A stretch of 64,000 nucleotides of DNA, from assembly GCF_902459465.1 (NCBI RefSeq), contig NC_047081.1:11284001-11348000 (forward strand), in the 5' to 3' direction. The notes beneath the pieces are model-generated. The model ran no database searches, was not told the DNA's origin, and worked only from the letters and a program-made list of their open reading frames with translations. This DNA comes from Asterias rubens (taxonomy: Eukaryota). The position numbers and the translations under genes were made by a program. The stretch's first letter is position 1. Every line of letters starts with the position of its first letter. Positions 23,940-36,799 of this stretch are shown piece after piece.

Positions 23940-24998
23940 ATGGAAACTGAGACGAGCACCAACATTACTGATGAGTTCTTAACTTCTTCTAAAACTTTAT
24001 ACCCGTACCCAGAGCTTGTGTTCTGTGCTACAGGCTTCGCAATTTTGTCAGTGACAGCCCTAGTTGGTAACAGCATTGTCTTAATCGCTGTGGCTCGCCA
24101 CAGGAAGCTCCAGAACGCGACCAACGTCTTCGTGGTGAACCTCAGCGTGACTGACTGCCTCACGGGGTTCGCGTTCCTGTGGAGCATACCCGGGATGGTG
24201 AGCAGAACCCCCGGCTACCCGCTACCCTTCGCGTTCCCGTGCGTGGCGTCCGCAGCGATCGTCTTTAGTACCGTCGGGTGCAGCATGTACACCCTAGCCA
24301 ACATCGCCATCAATAGGCTCGTGCTGATCACCCAGCCCATGGAGACCTACCGATCGGTGTACACACCCAAGAAGATCGCTGTGATGGTCTTCATCAGTTG
24401 GTTGATCCCCACGACTGGCATCGTCCTACCTCCACTTCTCGGAATCGGTGACGTTGGTTTCGACATCGAGAGCCGGACCTGCAGCGACATCGACGGCCAT
24501 CCGAAAGCTGGTCTCTACGACAAGATACAGTTCGCAACCCTATATCCTGTACCTTTCCTAGTGATCATAATCGCGTATGTGTTAATCTTAAAACATGTCC
24601 GGCGACACTTCAAGAAGACACGAAGAGCTTTTACACCCAAGTCATCCATGGTCATCGCATCAGCTCCAGCCTCATCCGCGACTAGGCTTGACGACGATGG
24701 ACCGACCCCTGCACCACGGTCAGGTACCTCCCTAAACCACGCTGAGAGCATCCGTAAGCTAAGCCTTAACCGTACACGCAACGACCAGTTGGAGATCACC
24801 AAAAACCTCTTCGTGGTGGTGTGCGCTCTGGTCGTCTGCTTCACCCCGCTATCCATCATGGTGGTCACTAAGAACAACCGATACCAACTCTACGGTGGAT
24901 TGGCGTTGTTCGTGAGTAGCTGTATCAACCCGCTCATCTACGCCACTAAGCACCCACATTTCAAACCGGTCTTACGGTCCATGCTCCGTTGCCGATGA
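23940..24998 (+). CDS. Intronless rhodopsin-like (class A) orphan GPCR, 352 aa
   Basis: Seven hydrophobic segments. GN in TM1, NLSVTD in TM2, INR at the DRY position, W in TM4, CFTP in TM6, NPLIY in TM7. N-terminal N-glycosylation sequon NIT; extracellular Cys pair. Confidence 0.95.
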   Translation: METETSTNITDEFLTSSKTLYPYPELVFCATGFAILSVTALVGNSIVLIAVARHRKLQNATNVFVVNLSVTDCLTGFAFLWSIPGMVSRTPGYPLPFAFPCVASAAIVFSTVGCSMYTLANIAINRLVLITQPMETYRSVYTPKKIAVMVFISWLIPTTGIVLPPLLGIGDVGFDIESRTCSDIDGHPKAGLYDKIQFATLYPVPFLVIIIAYVLILKHVRRHFKKTRRAFTPKSSMVIASAPASSATRLDDDGPTPAPRSGTSLNHAESIRKLSLNRTRNDQLEITKNLFVVVCALVVCFTPLSIMVVTKNNRYQLYGGLALFVSSCINPLIYATKHPHFKPVLRSMLRCR

Positions 24999-25081
24999 CC
25001 AACTGTCCTCTCCAAGAATCGTCATGGTCCCTAGCCTAACTGCACCCCTTCCGGTTCTTGTTACGGACTACCAACCGAGGC

Positions 25082-25422
25082 TCTCGTACGGTAGACTGTG
25101 ACAGCAACTTACGGTAAACCACTCTCAAAGTGAGTTGTTATGTTCCAGACTGTCAATTTTAGAATCAACGGTTGGTGTGGTAGGAGATAATGTCCCCGGT
25201 GATTCGGTCCCCATACGACAAACTGTAAAAAAAAACTACTTCTGATAGCGCCATTTCAGCTACTCACTACTCTCTGATAACTTCCCCCTTCAGCCGTCGT
25301 TAATTTCCCACAAGGGGAACAGAATCTCGTGGACCGGTTTCTCGTAAACGGTACTTTGTAACATAAACTTACGGCCAACGGTAAACCACACTCGGATCTG
25401 GTGTTCATGTTCCAGACCGTCA
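25082..25422. repeat. Two degenerate ~75-bp direct repeats downstream of the GPCR stop
   Basis: ctcgta..cggta..tgt.aca..aacttacgg..taaaccac.ctc..atgttccagac.gtca at 25082-25155 and 25340-25422. Confidence 0.65.
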
Positions 25423-27894
25423 TGTCTAGTACGAACCAACAGCATGTACTTTGGGTTTAAAACCGGCCTGCAATATCCCGCCCTTTTTTAGGCAGCCCTG
25501 AAAGTTGCCTGAAAGCAACCGAAGCCGGCCAACTGCGTGGAGAGCTTCATAGAGTCAGTCGTCGTCTGCAGTTTTGCATGCAAGGGAAGTGTGTGAGTGG
25601 GATTTGGATATAGGAAAGCTAAAATACAAGTGTGGTTCTTACCCTCGAACCGAACCGAACCCATGTCTGTCGTTATGACCACAGCAGGCATATACTCTGG
25701 CTGTATAACTCGCACCCAATTACAGCGCGCGATGTTGAGGGCGAGCGCGTGCAGGTGGGTGTGTCACTGACCATGACGACACAGCCCCTTTAAGACCAGT
25801 ACAAACTTGCGGGAAACATTATTTTCAAAAACCCCAACTTCTTCGAGAAAGTACGGGAATGCTTCAACTCTTGTTCACGAGACGATCAGAGCCGTCGCCC
25901 ATCAATACTGAGACGGGCACTTTTAACACTCTTTGAATAAATGAAACAGACGCCATGGATGATTTCACCAAAAACAACTCCCCAAGTTTTATTTTGCTGG
26001 GAAAAGAACCCAACTTTTCTCCACTTATATAATTTATATTCAATGAAGTGTATAGTAAAACTTTGCAATATAAATAACTAAGAGAACATTCATTTGATAA
26101 AGTATTTTTTTTCTTCAGATTTATATTATTATGACTAGAAGGACCATAAGCCACAAATAATTTCAGGGGTGAAAGGCTTTGGGTGTTTTTCGTCATAGTT
26201 AACTTTCCCAATTGTTGCCGTTATTGTTCTTAGCAGGATAGGTTACCAGCCAAAATGCAATGTGATGTTGATTGTGACTTGTACCATACACATGTTGTTT
26301 TTGCTTGGCAACTCAATGTTGTTAAGCAAAATATTTTCAGTTTACGAAGCTCTACAAAAAGGGTCCTTTTCAGATGAATGTTCTCATTAAAATTGGTATT
26401 CTAAGCAGAATGGAATTTCTGATTCAATCGCAAATTGAGGATTAAATCAATTACATTATACAGTCCAAAATAACAAATTTACATATACAATAAATTACGA
26501 ATTATACAAACATGGCTGACTGGGTTGCTGTCACCCCAACTGAGACAATTGTGATAACTATACCCCTTCTGGGTTCCCTTTCCCCCAGTGAGAAAGTAAA
26601 GTGGAGCCCAATCGGACCCCATCCCCTGGGTGAAGTGTGAAACAGCGGCACTTCTACCTCCATGGTGGCACTAACGTGCTTTGGGTTCAAGTCCCAACAT
26701 AGGTACAGAACTCGATGTAAAAAAAAAAAAAAAAAAAAGGACCGCTTATCAACTCAAAGGGATTATATATGTTTGGTAATTGGGATCCACTTTGTTTCAT
26801 ACCTAATTAGTTGTCCAAAGATATATGCCATAAAACTAAACTAGACAAATTTAATTTCAAAGGGTGGAAATGTTTTTGAGATATTGCAGAATATTTTGAG
26901 CGGTTATGTCCACTATCCACGCAGGAAGAATAATCTGCGATTGGAAACCACAACCTCAATAACGTAACTGTCATTAACGCTTCTCAGATTACAAATGACT
27001 GGAAGAAAAAGTGTAACTTTTCCCATAACCGCTGTAGTTCACAGTAAAAGGTTTCTCTAAATGAATGGAATTCTCCAAAGCTGCTCTAACCAAGTAGGTT
27101 TGTATTGCAAATGATTTTCATAGTCATCAACAACATTAACAGATACTTCAGGTCAATAAAAGGGGTCTACTTCCCTGTGTAAGTAGATAATTAAAAACAA
27201 ATATATCCATCCACTTTCAGTTTCCATAGTTATGAACATTGATCCTTCACTTTCAGAATATTGGTCAAATTGAAAACGAAACGACCATACCACTAATTTG
27301 AGTCATTTTGCTTTTGAAATGGTTGTGTTTTCTTTAGACAGAAACTCTGAAGTACTTTTCCTTCCTTATACAAAAAGGTAATACACAAATAAATGCTTGA
27401 ATTTATATGTAAATTGATTGACAACAAGGGAAAAATATCTTTAACGATTGCAAGGGGAAAACATATTAATGGTAGATTGAGCCAACACAAGACAAGAGTG
27501 TGGCTCATATGTGCATAAGTCTAATTTTGATATTTCCGTCACACCATTATTTACATAGTAATTAAATTAATATCTATTTCATATTATTTGTTTTTACATA
27601 CACGTGTTTAATTAAACAAGTATTTTGATAAGTGGTAGGAGTTAAACGCGCGAGGACAGAGGAAATAAACAACCACCACTCTCTCTCTCTTACATTTTCT
27701 AAAAAAAGACAATAGAATTTCTCAATGCAATGATTATTATGAGTGTTTTATATGTGAAGAAATTGTCTACAGCGAAATATAGAATGCATATTTTGTGATG
27801 TCAGACCCTACGCCCCCCCCCCCCCCCCCCCCCCTCAGGCCTTAAGATATTTAATGAATCATGTTAATTACATTCACGCACGATACAGACCCTG

Positions 27895-27999
27895 TTGGTT
27901 GGCAAATGCCATAGAGTTTTGCACTTTTCGCGCAATCGCGTCTGCGTCGCGCACATAGTGTACAAAACAGCACGATGTTCCCTCATTTTTGCCAACCAA
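27895..27999. mobile_element. Short CpG-rich MITE-like element
   Basis: 12-bp TIR ttggttggcaaa / tttgccaaccaa. Confidence 0.45.
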
Positions 28000-28269
28000 A
28001 ATGTTAGTGCGCACGCGCTTTGTGCAATTTACATATTTCATGACAGGGAACATTGGGCATCATTACGGGGCCATCTGGCTACTATCATTAACAAAGAATA
28101 CTAAAGAAATGCAAATGTACACTACTTGGAGCTAGGAGTGGCAACATGTCACCCGTTGGCTTCAGTGTAAGGGCACAACCACCGCCCAATTTCATGGCGC
28201 TGCTTACAGTAAACAAAGAATCGGCTTTACGGAAGAAGGGAATTCTGTGCTTACGCCAAGCATATTATA

Positions 28270-28419
28270 GGTGCGTTCGTTTAGCTTCCCTGGGTCGACC
28301 CCGGTGTGTGACGTTTTTTTTTCCCCAGGACAAGTGTGTGCAGATAATTACCCACGTTCGTCCTGGTAAAAACAACCGCCACGCACCGGGTCGACCCAGG
28401 GGAGCTAAACGATCGCACC
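28270..28419. mobile_element. MITE with ~36-bp terminal inverted repeats
   Basis: ggtgcgttcgtttagcttccctgggtcgaccccggtg / caccgggtcgacccaggggagctaaacgatcgcacc. Confidence 0.8.
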
Positions 28420-29259
28420 CATTATCATGGGTAAGTGGGGAATTTTGACTGGGCATTCTTTGCTTACACAGCTAGCGCTGAAATTTGGTGCTTGCACATC
28501 ATGAGCGGAGAATTGTGATAGTAAGCGCAGAATTTGGAGGTAAGCAGAGCCATGAATTTGACTCTTCACTGGGTGAGCTGCCAGCCCTGGAGTAGTTCAA
28601 ATTTGTTTATGGGTCTGACACTAAGTACACAGAATTTGTTAACAATTACCAGAATTTCCAAGGATAAAAAAAATCTTACGAAAACATCAACAAAGGACAA
28701 TCAAATATTTGTACAATTCACAAACAGCTTACTCAAATTTGTACATTATATTCCCGCAGCCGATTTAACAAAACTTTACGCAACGGCACAAGTCCATTTG
28801 CGGCGCTTGCGCAAGATTTCAAGATTAAATGGTGCACAGCTTTAGCAATGAATAATGCACAAGTGGACTGATGCAGTTGCGTAAAAGTTTACGTCAAAAA
28901 ACATCAGCTGTAATATAACTGTGGTCCTGTACCCTTAAGGTACCTCAGCACGGGAGTTACGCTAGTTAATAGAAAAGTCGGCCGACAATACAATAAAAAC
29001 AATTCTGAACATTCCTGCGGCTAAAAGTGTATTTCAAATTCACAGGAACTGGTAGGGTGGCAGGGATAGTGGGTTAAACGGGCTACCCCTTCCCCTCCCC
29101 ATGGCAAAAATCAATCCAATCATGTCCTACTGACCTCAATGGCCGCCTTAGCCCCCTGGCAAGTGATTTGACACACCACTTAACAAGTGCCTTTTACTGA
29201 TACTAAAATCCACGTTGCCTTGATACATATCAGGCCCGACCCCAATATAAATGCAGTGT

Positions 29260-29407
29260 AATGGGAGACTTTCTGGGACGATAGAGAATAGCAGGCTTAC
29301 CGGGTAAATCCATTGTTCTCAGAATTATGCGCATGTTCAGAACTACGTAAACAATGGAAATTTACCCGGTATGTCTGCTGCCACCTAGTGTTGGAAAGTC
29401 TCCTATT
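29260..29407. mobile_element. ~150-bp foldback MITE (reverse-oriented homologue of 56629-56778)
   Basis: TIR aatgggagactttc / gaaagtctcctatt, plus internal inverted ccgggtaaat..ccattgtt arms. Confidence 0.85.
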
Positions 29408-29977
29408 CACATTTAACCATTATGGCATCACAAAATTGACCCCCTGCTGGAAAAAAACCAAGCACATACATAAACACGTGTCTCGGACACAATGCACAAG
29501 CCGAACTTTATATATGGCAAAGTGGGGTATTGACCCCTTGCACGCACGTCACATGGGGCGACTGATGCCACACTCACCATGTTGGTGGGCAGTTAGTTAG
29601 GCTTACGTGTATAAACGCTGCGTCGCCTAAAATGCGCAGTTCACTTATCGTAACAGCTTAGAGTTTTATATAAAAACGCAGTGAAATTGCCCAACAGTAT
29701 GGCGCATTCAAGATTTTTGTGATGATGACGTCAGGTGAATTGGGTCAATACAGACAGTGTCTCTGCTTGATGATTTGGGTAGAAATCTACTAGAACTTTT
29801 ACAATTATGTACACTATGATGTACCACTAACAAGTACAAAAGGTGCATTGCATATAATTACTCTCCACATGTCCATGGTTCAAGATTAAATGCAGGATTG
29901 TGGTAGAGACATTCAAGAAAACAATCAAACAGAGGGGAGAAATAGTAGAACTTGAACTAAAATAAGTGGTTTGTAAT

Positions 29978-30289
29978 TAGGCCTGGGCGACTAGTCGTCC
30001 CTCAAATAGTCGTGACTCTGACACTAGTCATGACTACTTTTAATTTTTAAGATGCATTGCTGCATTTTGTTTGCCGCAGGCGCAATATGGTAAAATTCAT
30101 GCTGAAAAGATTGAAGGAATGTGGCACTGATGTCTGATTGTGTTTTGTAGGTAAATCATGTTGTCGTGAATAGTCGTGAGCGACACAATTGGTTCACCAA
30201 GCAGGTAGGCGTGACAATTTTTGTAGCAGTCTTGGCAGCCGATCAACGAAGTAGATTTTCAACACTTGTCACACTAGTCGCTCAGGCTA
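29978..30289. mobile_element. hAT-like non-autonomous element
   Basis: TIR taggcctgggcgactagt / actagtcgctcaggcta and subterminal tagtcgtga repeats. No 8-bp TSD found. Confidence 0.55.
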
Positions 30290-30329
30290 ATATTTGTAAG
30301 GTCCTGTACTTAAGAATTGTTTGTGCTGG

Positions 30330-30893
30330 GAGACAAAAACAAGTATTTTATTACAACAAATAGTGTAGTTTTTTGGGGTTTTGACTCTGAGAACCAACTG
30401 CATTGATGCATACTGAGGGCTATTGTATGTTGGATATGTATATATATTTGGTTTGCGGTAACACCATGTATGTATCTACTTGCCAGATAGAGTTTGTTTT
30501 TAGAGAACTGTCTTTTCTTCTACTGGAACTCTTACATTTATGATAATGTACACAATAAAGTACCACATACAGGTACAAAAGGTGCATTGCAAATAATCCA
30601 CTCTCCACAAGTCCATGGTTCAAGATTAAGTTGGTTATGATTCAAATGAAAACATAGCAGACAAATTATACATGTGAATAGGTTGGTAATTGACAACTTC
30701 GGCAGTGGCTATTGCTAGATGATCGAGCCTGTGGATATGTTGTGAACGGAAACCTTACTATATTGTATTCCCACCGTGCAAGGTTTCAAGTCATATGTAT
30801 AAATATAACCCTAATCTATGGCAAGCAGAACCAAATCTTGAATACTACCGAGGTACAAGCCGCAGCGCTGCAGGCCGCCAACTCTTAAGTTGC
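30330..30893 (-). other. Predicted non-coding terminal (3'UTR) exon of DNAJB12/14
   Basis: Donor GT 1 nt after the stop (31383-31384), strong acceptor gttttttttacag at 30894-30895, AATAAA on minus at 30347-30352. Confidence 0.55.
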
Positions 30894-31385
30894 CTGTAAA
30901 AAAACTAACCTCATACAAAAAGGCCTTTAGTTGTCTTAGAGAAGTTCTAAAATTATACGGAGGCCAGGGCCTCTGTTGCCCCTGGTCTTGGCCTTGATGC
31001 CCCTTCAAAAGCTTTCCAATTTGATTTTCCACATGCAAATACCAATTACAAAATGGAAATGGCCTTGTCCTCCTCTCAAAGAGGAAATTCCAGGCCTGTC
31101 AGGGCTAATTTTAAACAGTGAAAAACAACTTCAAGATGTGGTGAAGTAACTGTTGCAAAATGAGAACAGCCTTGCCCTCTCAAAATTGAAGTCCCAGGAC
31201 TGACACTGGAGGCTGCCAAATATTAAACGGAATCAAAACCACTAAGTTGGTTAAAACTTATACACAATTACAAATTTAAAAACACATTTTTAAATAACAT
31301 AACTTCTATTATTTTGTTTTTACTTGAAAAAAAAAAAAATTTTACAAGAAAAAAAATCCCCCCCAAACTACAATCCCCTGGTACC

Positions 31386-34300
31386 TCACGATAATCTTCT
31401 GATTTCATCCAACTGATCGCAAGTCCGTAAAACCATCTTGTGGGCTTTCTCGTACATTTTTTTATCTCCGAAATAGCGGGCTCTCTGCATTGCTGCCTCT
31501 TCTGTGACGGAGAATAAAACAAACAAACAAACAAATAAATAAATAAAAGTGGACAAGGGCTTCTTATTAGAAGTGGTGCATGTTAACTTACAAAACAGTA
31601 ACCGTGATTTTGTATAAAAACTGGCTTAAACTTACTGTTCAATCTTTCTCGGTAACAATTACTTCTTAAATTATCCATGTGCTCTGCTTCCACTCGTTGC
31701 TCCACTAGATTTATCCGACCAGAATACTCCTTACTAAATGTATTCTGTAAACAATTAAAAATAATGATTGATTATTGTTATTTATCTGACTCTTAAGAAA
31801 AAAAGAAAAAAGAAAAAAAAAGGTTTTCTCAGAAAACACAAACATAAAACAGACGAAAAATAAATGTTTTCAATATTGCATAAGATGTTGGGAAAGCCAG
31901 GCTGAGGAGGAACCCCCAATTGTTTTCTTATAGCAAACAAATTCAACCTGCCCATAAATAATAAAAGGCGCTATACTATAACATACAATATTTTCCTGCA
32001 CGGTATGTGGGACTATGTTTGAACTATGAGACCAACTCATTTTACGTAGCACCATCTAATGATTTACATCAGTGTAACGGTAAAACCGAAATTAACATCC
32101 TTTCTCTCTGATGAAAATTTAACATCCATTAAATATTCACATTGACGGAATTTTCCCTTCATAAGCCTTTGTCATCCCAGCGGCACTCACCTTAACGTAA
32201 TACTTTATCTTTAATTCATGTGTCGATCTTTCAATTGTATATCCTCTGGAAAGATAGAAAAACATAATCTGTTTATTCATTATTTTCAAACAACGTGAGG
32301 AGTGGTTTAAACATGACCTAAGGAAATTGAGTCATAAGAGGGCGCTATCAGATGATTGCGTAGAGCGCACAAATTTCACAGCCCAGTTTAATATGGTCGG
32401 CCGCATTTTGAATTGCCCAAGTTAGAAACTTGGGTGCGTTAGTTTGAATCATAACCGGCCAAGTTTAAAACTGCACGAGGAGCTACTTGGAAATCAATAT
32501 GGATATAAATTCAAGTCAGAGTCGAGGTAAGCTAAGGCTAAATTGTTAGATTTGTTCTAATCTTTTAAAATTTTCTAAGAGTGTCTTTCTTTTCCTATAT
32601 ACCCACAGGATATACACAATAATAGTGATTTTTCTGTACAACATAATATCAAATTCATGTAATGTGTATCTGCAAAGTTGTAGTGTGTTAACCTTGCACT
32701 TGTATTTTCTATTATTGTAAAATAAATGTCAAGAGAGGTAATTAACAAAAAGTTTGTAGACCTTTGTAACAAAGGTATTCCTGAATGATGACTCAGTCTG
32801 AAACAGCAGGGAAGTTGGCCATGCTATAAAGGCCCTCCCCTTTGGCTCGGTCCTTTATGGCACGACCACGACCCTGCCGATGGTTGGGAGGGAGGGGTTA
32901 AACTCACGCTTTCTTTGAAAGACTGTACGGAGATTCTTGAATAAATGCAGTTGATAGAAGGGAGATGACTACAAGCATGAGGATGGGTAACAACTGAAGC
33001 AGAAACGTGTACCGCGCCTGTAACATAAATATAAACAGTAGATTAGGTGTGACTATACAATAAGTCCCTCCTGTAAACAGGTAGCACAGACTGCCTCAAG
33101 GTACTGCTTTTGAAAGCACAAAAAGTTGCAAAGCACAACAACATTGTGCTTACCAGAATAAGGTTACCAGCAAAACTGCTATGTCACTCGAAAGTTTGTG
33201 AGTGGTATCCTGCTCAATTCTGCTAAGCAGAAGCAGAAATTCTTAAGCAATATTTTCTTTTTATGAAGCTCTATGAAATTGAAAAACCACCAGACCACCC
33301 GGCTTGTCCAATTGTGTATTTACTGGCCCAACACTAAAATCACAGGCCACGAGCCTGTGGTCCAGTGTGGTCCAGTGTTAATTTCAAGCCCTGGTAAGAT
33401 GTGAAATAGTGACGCAACCTCAAAATCATGAAGTAAGAGTAGAGAAACGAACCTCTTCTCTTGAGTTGTTGTCCTGACGTGGGCGGTTCTGCCTCCTGTG
33501 TCTGGCTACATTCCCCTGAGGGAAACCCCCTCCGAAGAACATGTTAAATAGATCCTCCGGTGAAAATTCCTCATCTGTTGGTAAACAACAACAAAAGTCA
33601 ACAAACTGAAATCTGTACGGATGATGGCTATAACTCTTGTCAACGAAATGGACACAGCCAGAGAGTGGTTTTGCAGCCTTATGGAACACTTGGCACGAAG
33701 AGGATATATGAAGGTAAGGTAAGAGAGTGGATGGGTTGGGGGGAGGGGGGGACGCAGCCACGAGATGGTTTGGAGAGGGGAACAGTCAAAGGTTGGTTGT
33801 GGTAGGAGGAAAGCGATATAGTAGGGTTAACTTGGTCATAGATTTGATTTTGTGAACAAAATGCCGATTTATAGGCTTATTCACAAGATACCATTTACAT
33901 TTGAATTCTTTTGACCATAGAGACATTTGCTATGTCAAATGGTTCGGTGCAAGCTTTTGTATAGCAACCTCCAGATGAGTAAACCCTAGTACCATTGTGC
34001 CATATACATTCATTCAGAATTGTGTACGGGTGTTCGTCGTCTCTTACATAACTACGCAAAAGAGCGCCTCCAATCATGTGACATACTAACTGTCTCTATA
34101 GTCAGAGGAATTTAAACTTTTAAGCAATCACTTATGATAGAAACGTCATTGTACCAGACAATATTAAAATCAACACACAAGTAGCATATTTTTTTGTACT
34201 TGACTTGGGCCCTTATTGAAACCAAGGCTCAAGATTCGGCTTAGGCTAGCTTGGCGGTTGTTTTGCGTACGTGCTCTGCGTACACGTGCTCAGGGCTTCA

Positions 34301-36786
34301 GACGAAAGAGAACGAAGCCTAAGCAGTGGATTTGAAAAGGACCATGGAGTCAACCTCGTCAAGTGCCCAGACTCTTACCATCAAATCCCCTTGTCTCGTA
34401 GTAGAAGCCCCCATGGTGGTGACGATGGGTGTGCCGATGTTGGCTCCTGGAATTGCTGACCTCGTTCGTGTCATCCCCGTAGAGGTCATATCTCTTCCGT
34501 TTGTCTGAATCATTCAACACGGCAAAGGCTTTTCCAATAGCTGGAAAAGATGAATAAAAACAGGCAGAAAACTTACTCACTGTTGTATACGCTTTGAGGA
34601 ATTGCATAGACACTGTGCACTGAGGCTTTAATGGGTACTCTGTTTGCGGTAACACCATGTAAATAACTACTTTGTTGTTGGTCTTTGAACTGTCCTGAAA
34701 AGAACTGCCCTGCTTTTTGCTTTTGGAACGGTGTTTTGGCTGGTGACCTTATTCTGGTCTGCATAATTTTATTGTGCTTAGCTACTTTATATTGCTTAAG
34801 CAGGTTTCTGAAATTGGGCCCTGCTCTTACCTTTAAACGCCTCCCCTGCTCCTGGGGCATGGTTCTTGTCCGGGTGAAAAAGCAACGCTAACTTCCTGTA
34901 TGCTTTCTTGACATCCGTCTCGCTTGCATCTTTGGCTACTCCGAGGATTTCATAGAAGTTTTTACATTTCTTTATTCTGAAGCGGGAGAAACAAATTGAG
35001 AAAAAATGTGAGTAAACAACGCTGACAATAGGTAACCCTAAGACCCCCCCTTATCATTTAATTTAATTTCTTCTGGTTGTGAAGCCCGGACTCTCTCAGA
35101 CAAGCGAACTTAATCATTGTACCAGCCAAGAACCCAATAGAGAGAGAAGACAATGAAGAAAGTTACAGGTTAAGATGGTGGAGGAAAACCCCAGTGAAGT
35201 ATTCCAGGGAAAACCCATGCAGTCAGGTAGGGACTGAAAACACAATCCACACAAGTGCCTTGGCGTGATCCAAGTCAGGGTTCTAGACTTGGAAGGCAAG
35301 GAAATACTATGTAGGTTTATATCAAGCTGTTGTTGCTTCTTGGATCAACCAACCAGAATAGACCGATCCATTAGGATCCGCCCACGGCGCACGTGTGAGC
35401 AAGAACATGTGAGCCTCTCCAATTCCATTCTGCTCAACTCTGCCGCACGCACCAAGCACGCGTGCATGCATATCATACTTTTTTTGTCAGCCTTTTGGTT
35501 GCACAATCGGTTGTGATTGGTCAATACGTAATGGGGCGGAGCTTAATGGATTGGTCTATTGACGATTCATGTTTGCTTGAAGACGTTACAATAATTTGTA
35601 AGTGGTTTTGTAGCACGCACCTATTTACACCCTTGAGCTGTTCTTCCGTATAATCATGTTTGACACCACCGTTTGTCTCTGCTTTACTATCTGCCTTGCT
35701 CTCCCTAGAACCCGATGTGTGTCTCTGTCTTGTGGTGGGGGTTGGTCCGTTGGACTGCCGGCGTTGTCTTTCTTTTGTATTTGTGGGCTCTGTGGATTCT
35801 GTCGACGATGATGAGGATGATGTTGCACTGTCGTCAGATGGATTCTGAAGTCGGTATAGAATATCTACGAGAGAGAGAGAGAGAGCGCGGGGGGGGGGGG
35901 GGGGGAGAGAGAAAAAAATGCTATATGAATACTTCAGGGGTCAAAATAAACTAGATTTTCATGATCCTACAGTCAAGTCCTTCACCAACCCGTTTCATTT
36001 CATTCTTTGTATATTTATTATTAACTGCTGAAGGAAGCAAAATGATCCACTAAATTATAATAATATTAACACTAAGTAACAGATGACAAATAAGAATTAA
36101 TTCATTATTTCAAATTGACTGAGTAGGCCTACAATTCATGAGATTATATTATGATGATTTCAAACTTGGTCCGCCATGGTTGTTGGGTGTATCACTAGCA
36201 GTTTCCTTGCTCTACTCATGGAGGAAGTCTTCCTCCATGCTCTACTACAGTGTACAGGGTGGAGGTTTTGTGATTTTTTGTCTTAGCATTTGGTTGGGCC
36301 ATTTGATTTTGTTTTGTCTGAAAAATTACAAAATGACTTTATGATTTTGACAAATTTTGCATCAAATTAATTATGAAAACTTGGAGAATTTGTTCAGTTT
36401 ACAAAGAAAACTGAAGCTCAACAAATTTGACAATAATCTTGATAATTAGAATTGATGAATAGCTGTAGCGTAGGATAAATGTGTACTGACACTGTCATGC
36501 ATTCGCTACTGCACTAGCGGACTTGCATAGTCGACATGACGGTGAACTTTCTACCGGTGTGTATAGTGGGGGCGCTCTTCCAACTCACGACAACCGATGA
36601 TTCGTGAAAATTTCCAGTGAAATATTTACCGAAAAACGTCACACTTATCTTACCTTTCGCTCTTTGTGAAGGAAATAATCTCTGTGCTTTATTTAGGAAT
36701 TTAATAGCCTTTTCTCTGTCACCGGCAGCGATACATTTCTGGGCTATTTTGATACATTTAATGCTCTCATCGCGATTTCCCTCCAT
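31386..36786 (-). CDS. DNAJB12: DnaJ homolog subfamily B member 12/14 (ER membrane J-protein), 398 aa
   Basis: Exons 36654-36786, 35621-35864, 34831-34976, 34379-34540, 33453-33574, 32908-33017, 32191-32245, 31636-31744, 31386-31501 (1197 nt, phases consistent). MEGNRDE N-terminus; J-domain with HPD ([25 protein letters not shown]); [15 protein letters not shown]; TM segment [18 protein letters not shown]; DUF1977-type C-terminus ([19 protein letters not shown]). B12 vs B14 not resolvable. Confidence 0.95.
33100..33282. mobile_element. MITE family ending in gctctatgaaattg
   Basis: Shared tgcttaccagaataaggttaccagc..aagcaatatttt..gaagctctatgaaattg. Homologues at ~26230-26352, ~51045-51180 and ~52095-52295 (reverse). 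Confidence 0.65.
35195..35315 (-). mobile_element. SINE fragment in DNAJB12 intron
   Basis: gaagtattccagggaaaacccatgcagtcaggtagggactgaaaac.. homologous to 21250-21335. Confidence 0.6.
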
Positions 36787-36799
36787 GACCATTGCGAAT

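Noticed and set aside
24515-24877. 120-aa antisense ORF (and 23918-24187) overlapping the GPCR
   Set aside because: Shadow ORFs of a GC-rich coding strand; no recognisable motifs.
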